The notes under the pieces: model-generated
Databases searched by the model: none
Told to the model about the DNA's origin: nothing
Seen by the model: only the letters and a program-made list of their open reading frames with translations
Made by a program: the position numbers and the translations under genes
Shown here: piece by piece, positions 6,538-14,627 of the stretch
Layout of the letters: each line of letters opens with the position of its first letter
How positions within the stretch are numbered: the stretch's first letter is position 1
Source of the DNA: Armatimonadia bacterium
Lineage (GTDB): Bacteria; Armatimonadota; Zipacnadia; Zipacnadales; UBA11051
Direction: 5' to 3'
Assembly (NCBI GenBank): GCA_039683575.1
Contig: JBDKRC010000002.1
Coordinates: 1-18,006 of the forward strand
Length of the DNA stretch: 18,006 nt

Positions 6538-7893
6538 TCAGTCGCCCGCTGCTTCCTCTGCGGCTGGCAGCCCCGGGGCCAGTTCACTCCCCATCTGCCG
6601 GGCCATCGTGTCCACGGGCTTGAGCTCCGGCAGGTCCTCTTTCCCCGTTACCCCCATATCCTTGAGCTTGCGTGCCGAGACGAGTAGTTGCCGCTCCAGC
6701 GATCCCACGGCCTTGTTGTAGGCGTCAATCGACCGGTCGAGATTGGTGCCGACACTGCCGAAGTGGCCCGCAAACACGCGCAGGCGGTCGTATAGCTGGC
6801 TGGCGAGGTCACGCACCTCCCGCGCATTCTCGGCGAAGGTCTGCTGCTGCCAGCCATAGGAGACCGCATACAGCAGGGCGATGAAAGTCGAGGGAGTGGC
6901 CACGATCACCTTGTTGAGCCAGCCTCTGGCGATCAGATCAGGGTCGGCTTCGACAGCCGCCGCGAACAGCGACTCGCCGGGGATGAACATGACGACGCAG
7001 TCGGGAGAGTTCTCCACTTTCTCCCAGTAGCGCTTGGCGGCGAGGCCGTCGAGGTGCGTGCGGCATTGTCGCGCATGGTCCTGATAAAGGCGCTGTCGCG
7101 CCTCGAGGTCTTCGCACTCCAGGGCATCGAGGTAGGCATTGAGCGGTACCTTGGCATCGACCACGATGCTGCGGTTGCCAGGCAGGCGGATGATCATGTC
7201 CGGCCGCTGCGCCCCGCTGCCCGCTTCGAGATGCTCCTGTTCGGTGAAGTCGCAGTACTCGCTCATGCCGGCGAGCTCGACAGCATTGCGAAGCTGCATC
7301 TCGCCCCAGTGCCCGCGCACTTCGGGGCGCCGCAGGGCGCTGACAAGCCGGTTCGTCTCGCGTTGCAGTCCGCTTTCGGCTTCGGCCAGGGCCTTCAGGC
7401 GCTCGTCGAGCGACGCGTACGCCGTCTGACGGCGGAGTTCCATGTCCTTCAGGGCCACTTCGTATTTGCCCAGTAGCTCCGCCAGCGGGTCCACCATCCC
7501 CTTGATGGCCTGCTCCTTGGTGGCCAACGTCCCCTCTGCGGCCTTGCTCAGGCTGTCGAAACGCTGCTGGGCCAGGCGCAGGAACTCCTCGCTGTTGCGC
7601 GAGATCGCCGTCTGCGACAGGTCTGCAAAAGCCTGCCGCATCTTCTCGGAAAGCTCCTGCTCCACCGCCTGCAGCTTGTCGCGCTCTTCCAGCCGGGCAT
7701 TCAGGCCCGCCGCCTCACGCTCCAGGTTCAGGACGCGCTCCTCGTGCTGGACTGCGGCGACCTGGGCCTCCGTCAGGCGGTTTTCAAGGTCCTGGCGGCG
7801 CGCCTGTTCAGTGCGCCCCCGCAGTTGCAGGCCAGTGACCAGTCCCACCACCAGGCCCAGGATCAAGGATACAACGGCAATAACGGCTTCCAC
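6538..7893 (-). CDS. rmuC: DNA recombination protein RmuC
   Basis: N-terminal membrane anchor and coiled coil, then RGHWGEMQL, RPDMIIRLPG, VDAKVPL, YW, VVMFIPGE and ATPSTFIALL motifs. Confidence 0.95.
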   Translation of the reverse strand: MEAVIAVVSLILGLVVGLVTGLQLRGRTEQARRQDLENRLTEAQVAAVQHEERVLNLEREAAGLNARLEERDKLQAVEQELSEKMRQAFADLSQTAISRNSEEFLRLAQQRFDSLSKAAEGTLATKEQAIKGMVDPLAELLGKYEVALKDMELRRQTAYASLDERLKALAEAESGLQRETNRLVSALRRPEVRGHWGEMQLRNAVELAGMSEYCDFTEQEHLEAGSGAQRPDMIIRLPGNRSIVVDAKVPLNAYLDALECEDLEARQRLYQDHARQCRTHLDGLAAKRYWEKVENSPDCVVMFIPGESLFAAAVEADPDLIARGWLNKVIVATPSTFIALLYAVSYGWQQQTFAENAREVRDLASQLYDRLRVFAGHFGSVGTNLDRSIDAYNKAVGSLERQLLVSARKLKDMGVTGKEDLPELKPVDTMARQMGSELAPGLPAAEEAAGD

Positions 7894-7906
7894 GGGCTCG
7901 ACTCCA

Positions 7907-8764
7907 TTACGGTTTGATTGCGTAGCAGTTCATCATGCTACGGAAGAACGGCGGCGACTTGATCGCCGAGACATCCTGCCCCAGCACGCGCTTGAGGCGC
8001 AATGCAGCGGCCAGGTACGCGAACTGCAGGGGCTGATACCACCGGAAGTACGGCGTGCTCACGTACGGATACGTGAACTGCTGCACGGTGAACCCCGCCT
8101 TGTCCAGGAGCGCCCGCAATGTGCGCGGAGAGAAGTCGTAGAGCATCTGGTCGGGCGCGAGGAGGCGGAAGTTGCCCCGGAAGCAGCGCGCCGCCGGGCT
8201 GGCTATGTTGGGGGTCGCACTGATGATCAGCATGCCCCCCGGCTTGGTGATGCGAAATGCCTCCCGCAACTGACTCAGCGGGTCAGGCACATGCTGCAAG
8301 ACGCCGCGCATCTGCACCACGTCAAAGAAGTCCTCGTCAAAGCCGACTTCGCTCAACTGGCCGACAGCCAGGTGGGCAAGGCTGTAGCGATTGCGGGCCT
8401 GCTCAATATAGTGGCGCGAGACGTCCGTGCCGTAGACCTCGAAATCATCTCGCAGCAGGCTTAGGAACTCTCCGGTACCGCAACCGATGTCCAGGAAGCG
8501 CCCTCCGCGCCGGCGACGCAGTATCTCCGCCCGCTCAAGCCGGTACATCGCCTGCCGCTGGCGCAGCAGCTGCGGCTCCTCATGGGTCTCGCTGTATTCC
8601 TCTTCATACGAGCCCATAAGCACCGCGAGCGCCGGGCGGGGGTTCGTATAGACCAGCCCGCACTCAAGGCAGCGGACGAGGCGCGCACCGCGCACCTCGT
8701 CCCAAAGGCCCGTGCGGCGGCTACCACACAGGTTACAAGCCACTTCCTCGCGCTCAGTCTGCAA
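7907..8764 (-). CDS. Class I SAM-dependent methyltransferase with N-terminal Zn-ribbon
   Basis: CNLC...CLECGLVYTNPRP, SAM motif I FLDIGCGTGEF, FDVV, VLQHVPDP and KPGG...TPN. TTG start 7 bp after the upstream stop. Confidence 0.9.
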   Translation of the reverse strand: MQTEREEVACNLCGSRRTGLWDEVRGARLVRCLECGLVYTNPRPALAVLMGSYEEEYSETHEEPQLLRQRQAMYRLERAEILRRRRGGRFLDIGCGTGEFLSLLRDDFEVYGTDVSRHYIEQARNRYSLAHLAVGQLSEVGFDEDFFDVVQMRGVLQHVPDPLSQLREAFRITKPGGMLIISATPNIASPAARCFRGNFRLLAPDQMLYDFSPRTLRALLDKAGFTVQQFTYPYVSTPYFRWYQPLQFAYLAAALRLKRVLGQDVSAIKSPPFFRSMMNCYAIKP

Positions 8765-8770
8765 CGGGAG

Positions 8771-11095
8771 TTACTTCACCCCCAGGGCCTGCAGCTTGAG
8801 GATCTGCTCGGCCACGAGCCAGCGGTAGACGTCAATCTCGCGCGGCTCCCACAGGTTGTCATACTTGTACTTGGGCTGCACGCGAATCTGGTCCCAGATC
8901 CACTTCAACTGCTTCTCTGCGTCAGCCGCCCCTCGCGCCCACTTCCCACCGCGCGCCTTGGCATCGGCGATCTTGCGCTCCAGCGTGTAGATGTAGCGAT
9001 AGTCGTCATAGCCCTCGCGGTAGGCTTCCCAGATGGCAACGGGGATGGGACGGCCGTTGTCTTCGGTGCGGTTCATGAAGTCGGACATGCTACCGCTGAG
9101 GTAGTTCCAGGGGTCACCGACGTCCGCGCGGTAGATCCAGGGGATCAGGGCAGTGAAGCCTGAGCGCCAGAACCCGAAGCCGTACGTCATGCGCGCGCCG
9201 TTGACCGGCGTGTGGTCGTTTTCGCCGCTCACGTGGTTGGGATAGCACCAGTAGTCTACACCGGGGTGGGCCTTCTTGTCGGCCAGAAGCTCGTCGCGCC
9301 AGGGCAGGAAGGGCTGGGTGCACCAGACGTCCACATATGGCTTCATCGGCGCGAAGCCCTCGTTGGTGGGATCGGCGGTGACGTACGTCCGACCGCCGCC
9401 GTTGCGGACGCCCTTGAGGGTCTCGACCATGAAGGCCACGGCATCCGGCTTGGAGGAGGGCTCGTCAATCGGGTAATACAGGAAGTCGGGCCAGCCACGC
9501 TTCACGCGCTCGGTCTCGATGGCCTTGACCATCCGCGAGAGTTCCTCGGCATACTCCGGCGGAGGCAGCTTGACGTTGCCGATGTGCGAGCCGAGGTCAT
9601 CACCGGTGTACTTTTTGTATACCGCGCCGGCCGAAATCCCCACTACCAGCGGGAATTTGCAGTTGTACTTGCGCCAGCGATCAATCTTCGTCTGCATGAG
9701 GTCGAAGTTGAACGCAAACACACCCGGCTCACCAGGCTTCTCGGGGGAGGTGCCGAGTGACGTGACCACGTTGCGGGTTCCGTGGGCGATCAGGTCCTGC
9801 ATCTCAGTCTCGGACTTGCGCAGGTAGAACTCCTTGGAGACGTCGTCCTTGGCGCGGCTCCAGTCGTCGAGCGGGTCGCGGTAGTAGATCCCGTAGAGCT
9901 TGGAGGGGTCCTCCTGCAGCTTGATCGGAAGCACGCGTAGCAGCACCGGGATGTCCTGCGGCGTCGAACCCGCAGGGGTGAAGGTGATGGTGCCGCGGTA
10001 CATTCCCGGCTTGGCCGTCTCAGGGATGCGGACAGTGAGCCAATACCGCGCGTTCTGCTTCTCAGGCAGCGGTTCGTTGGGGTCGTATGGCATCAGCACG
10101 TCGGGGACGACGCGGTACTGGTGCAGCAGTGAGTAATTCGGCTTGGCGTACATGTAGCGCACGCGGCGAATCTCGATCTGCTTTGCCGGGATGACGCCGT
10201 TGGCGGTCTTTAGGTCCGATACGCGCACGATAGCGCCCTTGAAGGCGCGCAGCGGCCACACGATGAAGTTCAGCGGCTCGAACTCGCCGGGTGTGGCGAA
10301 GGCGCGCAGGCCGGGGTTGATCTCCTGCGGGATGGGCACAGTGTCCGGGTACACGACTTCAGCCCAGTGGCGCGTGTGGACGAGATAGCCGCGCTTGGTG
10401 TCGGTCTCAGAGATCGCGGGCCACGGCGTCGCGTCGGGCCGCTGATCAAGCGTCCACTTCTTCTGCTCCTCTATCGGCAGGAACTCGCGCAACTGCTTCT
10501 GGGGCGCGATGATCTCCTGCTGGACTTTGCTGCCGTCGGCGTCCTGCCAGAGACCGATTGCGGCAATCGCGAAGAGGCTGCGCGGGGTGAACTGCAGCCG
10601 TACCTCGCCATTGGCAGCGTCGGCATCGAGGTAGATGTCGCGGAATTGGTGGCCGTTCTCGAACTGCACGGCGCGGCTGGCGCTTGGGGACTTGATTTCG
10701 AAGTCAAAGACCTGTGAGCGCTGGACTGTGCTGGTGCCGCAGAGCACCCAGACGTGGTACGTTCCCGGCTCGACTTTGGCGACGAACTCGGCCGGCTCGG
10801 CGCCGATGAAGCCATCCTGGGTCAGCGGGGTAGTCCACATGGGTGGCGGGACCTTGCCGCGACTGCTCTCTTCATACTGGGTGTAGGCCTGATCCCTGGC
10901 CTGCAGCTTGGTATCTGCCGCAAAACCGGCCGGATTGGCCGGGTACAGCGTTTGTGGCGTGATCTGGGCAAACCCATTCTGTACGGCTGACTTATCGGTG
11001 CCCAGATCGAACAGATAGACCTTCGCCATGGCCATCTGGCAGAGGGTCAGCAAAAGCGCGCCTACGATGAGTACGGTAAGGGTGCGATTTCTCAC
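8771..11095 (-). CDS. Secreted DUF4091/GH123-like putative glycoside hydrolase with N-terminal beta-sandwich domain
   Basis: Signal peptide MRNRTLTVLIVGALLLTLCQMAMA. FDLG..S N-terminal domain, ATPGEFEP, YWLTVRIP...PGMYRG, YPIDEP (adjacent DE pair, 9461-9466) and C-terminal WEAYREGYDDYRY. GTG 11095 overlaps the upstream stop (GTGA) with a GGAGG RBS. Confidence 0.75.
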   Translation of the reverse strand: MRNRTLTVLIVGALLLTLCQMAMAKVYLFDLGTDKSAVQNGFAQITPQTLYPANPAGFAADTKLQARDQAYTQYEESSRGKVPPPMWTTPLTQDGFIGAEPAEFVAKVEPGTYHVWVLCGTSTVQRSQVFDFEIKSPSASRAVQFENGHQFRDIYLDADAANGEVRLQFTPRSLFAIAAIGLWQDADGSKVQQEIIAPQKQLREFLPIEEQKKWTLDQRPDATPWPAISETDTKRGYLVHTRHWAEVVYPDTVPIPQEINPGLRAFATPGEFEPLNFIVWPLRAFKGAIVRVSDLKTANGVIPAKQIEIRRVRYMYAKPNYSLLHQYRVVPDVLMPYDPNEPLPEKQNARYWLTVRIPETAKPGMYRGTITFTPAGSTPQDIPVLLRVLPIKLQEDPSKLYGIYYRDPLDDWSRAKDDVSKEFYLRKSETEMQDLIAHGTRNVVTSLGTSPEKPGEPGVFAFNFDLMQTKIDRWRKYNCKFPLVVGISAGAVYKKYTGDDLGSHIGNVKLPPPEYAEELSRMVKAIETERVKRGWPDFLYYPIDEPSSKPDAVAFMVETLKGVRNGGGRTYVTADPTNEGFAPMKPYVDVWCTQPFLPWRDELLADKKAHPGVDYWCYPNHVSGENDHTPVNGARMTYGFGFWRSGFTALIPWIYRADVGDPWNYLSGSMSDFMNRTEDNGRPIPVAIWEAYREGYDDYRYIYTLERKIADAKARGGKWARGAADAEKQLKWIWDQIRVQPKYKYDNLWEPREIDVYRWLVAEQILKLQALGVK

Positions 11096-12000
11096 TTTGC
11101 GTCCTCCTGCCAGGGGCTGCTGCTCAGCATCACGCGGTACGGCGGTGACTGCTGGTCCCCACACTTGAATTTCAGTTCATAGGCGCCGGGAGCCAGGCGG
11201 TTGGGGAGGGGAAGATAGTAACGCCGCTTGCCGCCTGTGGCGTTGACCCGGCCAGTGGACGCCGTGTGCTTGCCGCTGGAGAGCTCCCACACCAGCTCCA
11301 TCTTCTCATCGGGCTTCATGCCGAGAAGATGCAGCGTCGTGATGAGATAGCGACTGCCTCCGAGTACCGCATACTCCGGCATGGCCGTCTCGGCCATGAC
11401 CGGCTGCGTAAAGCGGATCAGGGACATATTGTCGAACCAGAAGTCCAGCTTGTCGCCGTGCTTGTAGTTGCTTTCCGAGATGTAGAACTGGATGCCGGTG
11501 CAGGGGTCGCAGCCGGGCAAGTCAGCGATCGCGATCCGGTAGTCGGTCCACTTGCCCAGTTGGAGTTCCGTCAGGGGGCGGGTGTAGACGCTCTTGCCGT
11601 CCTTGCCCTTGAGGATAAGGCCGAGGGGCTCAGCAGGCAACGAACTCCGCGAACTCTCGGCGAAGATGCTGAACTCGAAGAACTCGTACCGCTGCCATGC
11701 CTGCAGGGGCTCTGGGAAGGTCCGGAGCATCCGCGGCCAGCCGACCGGGTAGTTCTTCTCTCCTGTCTCCCAGTTGACGTCAATGTGCAGGCGGAGGGCG
11801 GTATCGCCCTTCAGAACGTGCTTCTTGTCCACTGTGACCACGGCCTCGGCTGGTTGCCAGGCCGCTGCCTCGGTGTCAGTGCCGTCGTCGAGCACCAAGC
11901 GCTCGAGCGGTCCCTCTTTGACGGGCTCACGCACGGGGGGCTGGGCCCATGCCAGCGCCGTCGTCAGCAGCGCCAGCGGCAGCCAAAACATCCTCTGCAT
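11092..12000 (-). CDS. Secreted hypothetical protein, carbohydrate-binding-module-like jelly-roll plus Ig-like C-terminus
   Basis: Signal peptide MQRMFWLPLALLTTALAWA and GGAGGT RBS at 12006-12011. The pattern W..YEFFEFSI...GKWTDYRIAIADL...FWFDNMSL recalls galactose-binding-like folds. Confidence 0.7.
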   Translation of the reverse strand: MQRMFWLPLALLTTALAWAQPPVREPVKEGPLERLVLDDGTDTEAAAWQPAEAVVTVDKKHVLKGDTALRLHIDVNWETGEKNYPVGWPRMLRTFPEPLQAWQRYEFFEFSIFAESSRSSLPAEPLGLILKGKDGKSVYTRPLTELQLGKWTDYRIAIADLPGCDPCTGIQFYISESNYKHGDKLDFWFDNMSLIRFTQPVMAETAMPEYAVLGGSRYLITTLHLLGMKPDEKMELVWELSSGKHTASTGRVNATGGKRRYYLPLPNRLAPGAYELKFKCGDQQSPPYRVMLSSSPWQEDAK

Positions 12001-12067
12001 CTCATACCTCCGGCCAGATGATAACGCCGACAGGTTCGCCACAAACAGGGGCACGGCCTTCATGGGC

Positions 12068-12106
12068 AAAAGAAAAGGGCGACGGAGGGTATTCCTACCG
12101 TCGCCC
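12068..12106 (-). terminator. Rho-independent terminator after the lipoprotein gene
   Basis: 9-bp stem GGGCGACGG (12077-12085) / CCGTCGCCC (12098-12106), followed on the minus strand by TTTTCTTTT. Confidence 0.8.
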
Positions 12107-12129
12107 CTATCAAACAAGCCCTGCTCAGA

Positions 12130-12783
12130 CTACTTCAGGCGAGCCACTGCCGACTTGGCTTCCTTGACCTGCTTGGCGTCCTTACTGGCAGTGATGAACT
12201 GCTGGAACACGGGCACTGCCTCAGCCTTCTTGCCCTGCTCGGCCAGGATCCAGGCCTTGCCACGCAAGGCGAGTTGGTCCTTCGGGTTCGTCTTGAGGCT
12301 GGCCTCGAAGATCGCCAGCGCCTCGTCATACTTGCCGGCGTGTTTGGCGTTAATGCCATCGCGTGAAGTCGCACCTGCGGGAGCCGCGGCTCCCCCGGCA
12401 CTGGGTCCACCGGGGCCGCCCGGGCCACCAGGACCGCCGGGTCCACCCGGTCCGCCAGCGGGAGGTCCACCGGCTTCGGGTCCACCAGGGCCGCCAGCAG
12501 GCGGTCCACCGGCTTCGGCTCCAGGAGGTCCTCCGGGGCCACCAGCGGGAGGTGCACCAGCTTCCGGTCCACCCGGTCCACCAGCAGGGGGGGCACCGGC
12601 TTCAGGGCCACCGGAAGGCGGGCCGCCCGCGTCCTTGGCGGCCGGAGCCGCGCCGTCGGGACCAGCGGTTGCGCCCTCGCCGCCACTTTCATCCGTCTTC
12701 TTGCCACCGAACAGGCAGCCGCTGAGCAGAGTCGTCAGCAGCGCCAGCACGACCACTACGACCAGCAGAATCCGTGCGTTCAC
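12130..12783 (-). CDS. Lipoprotein with Gly/Pro repeat linker and C-terminal TPR domain
   Basis: Hydrophobic signal ending in the lipobox LSGC, about 80 aa of GGP/EAGxPPAGGPGGP repeats, then TPR-like GKYDEALAIFEASLKTNPKD..ALRGKAWILAEQGKKAEA. Confidence 0.85.
   Translation of the reverse strand: MNARILLVVVVVLALLTTLLSGCLFGGKKTDESGGEGATAGPDGAAPAAKDAGGPPSGGPEAGAPPAGGPGGPEAGAPPAGGPGGPPGAEAGGPPAGGPGGPEAGGPPAGGPGGPGGPGGPGGPGGPSAGGAAAPAGATSRDGINAKHAGKYDEALAIFEASLKTNPKDQLALRGKAWILAEQGKKAEAVPVFQQFITASKDAKQVKEAKSAVARLK
12403..12628 (-). repeat. Coding tandem repeat, ~39-bp unit (EAGxPPAGGPGGP) x4 plus (GGP)n
   Basis: The anchor GCTTC occurs at 12473, 12512, 12560 and 12599 (spacing 39/48/39). Synonymous positions vary between units. 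Confidence 0.85.
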
Positions 12784-12925
12784 GAGTACTTCTTCCCTTC
12801 ATCGAAGTCTGTGAGGCAGCGACTAGAATCACTATGGAAGACCCATACAACAGCATTTTTCTCCGGCGACGGGTCAGGCACCTTCATCAGTTTTTCGGGA
12901 ATTGTCGGTGGTTCGTGAGGAATGA

Positions 12926-13921
12926 TCAGTGGTGACGGGTGAGGACATAGGCGGCGAGGCTGCGAAGGCTCTCGACCGCTGGTGAAGGGGCCAACTGGCC
13001 GAGTGCTTCGGCGGCCTCGTTGGCCAATCGTGCGGCATACTCCCGGGCATAGGCGCGCCCACCAAGCTCAGCGGTCAGCTCCGCCGCCGCTCGCGCCGCT
13101 TCATCATCATGTGGCGCGGCTCTGAGCAGTTCGAGTAGCGCTGCCCGTTGCCCGGCGTCAGCCTCGCTGAGCGCCTGGATGACCGGCAACGTCCAATGAC
13201 CCTCGCGCAGGTCCTGCAGCACCGGCTTACCCAGCGCTCCCGGGTCACCGTACAGGTCCAGGAGATCATCAACGATCTGGAAGGCCAGTCCGAGCTTCTC
13301 GCCATACTGATGCAGACTGCGAGTAGCGCTGTCGTTGCCAGCCGCAATCGCGCCGATCTCGCAGGCAGAGGCCATGAGCGCGGCAGTTTTGCCGCGTATG
13401 TTGCAGAAGTACTCATCCTCTGTCGGGCCGTTCTCAGTCTCTGTCAACTCGGCCTGGCACATGTCAACGACTGACTGCGCAAGCACGGTGAGTGACTGCC
13501 GGCCCAGGTCATCGGCCAGGCGGCGAAAGACCTCGGCGACGAGGAAATCGCCCACGAGGATCGAGGCACGGTTGCCCCAGCGCTGGCGCACTGAGGGCCG
13601 CCCGCGGCGTTCGGTGGCCTGGTCTATGACATCGTCGTGAATCAGGGAAGAGAGGTGGAGCACTTCAACGGCTACCGCCAGATCCACCGCGGCAGACTGA
13701 TCGCCACCTGCGGCGGAGCAGGATAGGAGCGCGAGAATGGGGCGCAGGCGCTTTCCCCCGGCCTGCAGCACATGGCGGTAGATGACCGGCACCAGACCGC
13801 CAATCTGCTCGGGGATGAGGTTCTCCAGGCGACGTTCGACCTCGACCAGAGCTGACGCCACTGGCTCAGCCAGGATCGAGAGCGCCTGGTCGTGGGTTGC
13901 GGGTGAGACGGGGGAAGGCAT
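12926..13921 (-). CDS. Polyprenyl (probably long-chain, hepta/octaprenyl-type) diphosphate synthase
   Basis: GGKRLRP, FARM SLIHDDVID..RRG, GKTA and SARM FQIVDDLLD..GKP..DL.EG..TLP. Small residues (Ser, Ser) at -4/-5 before the FARM fit longer products. Confidence 0.93.
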   Translation of the reverse strand: MPSPVSPATHDQALSILAEPVASALVEVERRLENLIPEQIGGLVPVIYRHVLQAGGKRLRPILALLSCSAAGGDQSAAVDLAVAVEVLHLSSLIHDDVIDQATERRGRPSVRQRWGNRASILVGDFLVAEVFRRLADDLGRQSLTVLAQSVVDMCQAELTETENGPTEDEYFCNIRGKTAALMASACEIGAIAAGNDSATRSLHQYGEKLGLAFQIVDDLLDLYGDPGALGKPVLQDLREGHWTLPVIQALSEADAGQRAALLELLRAAPHDDEAARAAAELTAELGGRAYAREYAARLANEAAEALGQLAPSPAVESLRSLAAYVLTRHH

Positions 13922-14580
13922 TAGTCCGGGTTCTCCTGTATGAGGAGACCGTTTCCCGGCAGGTAGAAGCAGAGGGTCTCAAGCTCACGCGCGAGGTCCA
14001 CGTTGCGCAGGTTGACCCCGGTTGGCACACTAATCAACACAGGAGCGAAGTTCACAATTGCGCGTATGCCGGACTTCACGGCGAAGTCAGCAGCCTCCTG
14101 GGCTGCTACCTCGGGCACGGTGAGGATGGCAATCTCCACACCGAGATCACTGACAAACTGCGGTAGGTCTGCGATGTCCTGCACGTGCAAGGACCCAAGG
14201 CGCAGGCCGATGCGGGAAGGGTCATTGTCGAAGATCGCCACAATGTGAAAGCCATGCGCGGCGAAGCCGACGTAACGGGCGAGGGCGGAGCCGAGATTGC
14301 CGGCGCCGATGACGATGGTGGGGCGCTGCCGTCGAACGCCGAGGATGTCCTGGATGTGGACCCGCAACTGCTCAACGTCATAGCCGAGCCCACGGCGGCC
14401 GAACTCGCCGAAGTAGGAGAGGTCCTTACGGACCTGAGAAGCCTTCACACCGGCCCAGGAGCCAATCTCAGCGGAGGAGGCGTTGATCTGGCTGCGCCGC
14501 TCCATCATGCCCAGCACACGCAAATAATCGCAGAGACGTGTGACAGTTCCCTCGGGTACCTGGCGTTTTTGTAGAGGCAT
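13921..14580 (-). CDS. rex: Redox-sensing transcriptional repressor Rex
   Basis: Winged-helix QVRKDLSYFGEFGRRGLGY, Rossmann IGAGNLGSAL, AIFD and AILTVP..AQ..IVNFAP. The stop overlaps the next start (TAATG). Confidence 0.95.
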   Translation of the reverse strand: MPLQKRQVPEGTVTRLCDYLRVLGMMERRSQINASSAEIGSWAGVKASQVRKDLSYFGEFGRRGLGYDVEQLRVHIQDILGVRRQRPTIVIGAGNLGSALARYVGFAAHGFHIVAIFDNDPSRIGLRLGSLHVQDIADLPQFVSDLGVEIAILTVPEVAAQEAADFAVKSGIRAIVNFAPVLISVPTGVNLRNVDLARELETLCFYLPGNGLLIQENPD

Positions 14581-14627
14581 AGTGGTGGCCTATTCGCGTA
14601 GGACGGACGTCTCCCCCGTCACCGAGC

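Noticed and set aside
7442-8464. 340-aa plus-strand ORF
   Set aside because: Shadow spanning rmuC and the methyltransferase on the opposite strand.
12403-12628. Possible CRISPR-like periodic repeat
   Set aside because: The units are in-frame coding repeats with synonymous variation and no unique spacers.
11774-12814. Plus-strand 346-aa ORF with collagen-like GPPGPPGPP repeats
   Set aside because: It is the antisense reading of the GGP repeats. The minus strand has a lipobox, TPR domain and terminator, while the rest of this ORF is Ser/Ala-rich shadow sequence.
12833-12847. TATGG-AAGAC-CCATA palindrome upstream of the lipoprotein gene as an operator
   Set aside because: Only 5-bp arms, single occurrence, and no matching regulator motif recognised.
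14051-14057. TTCACAA Rex half-site inside rex, and TCACAA near 17892
   Set aside because: Neither has a properly spaced complementary half-site.
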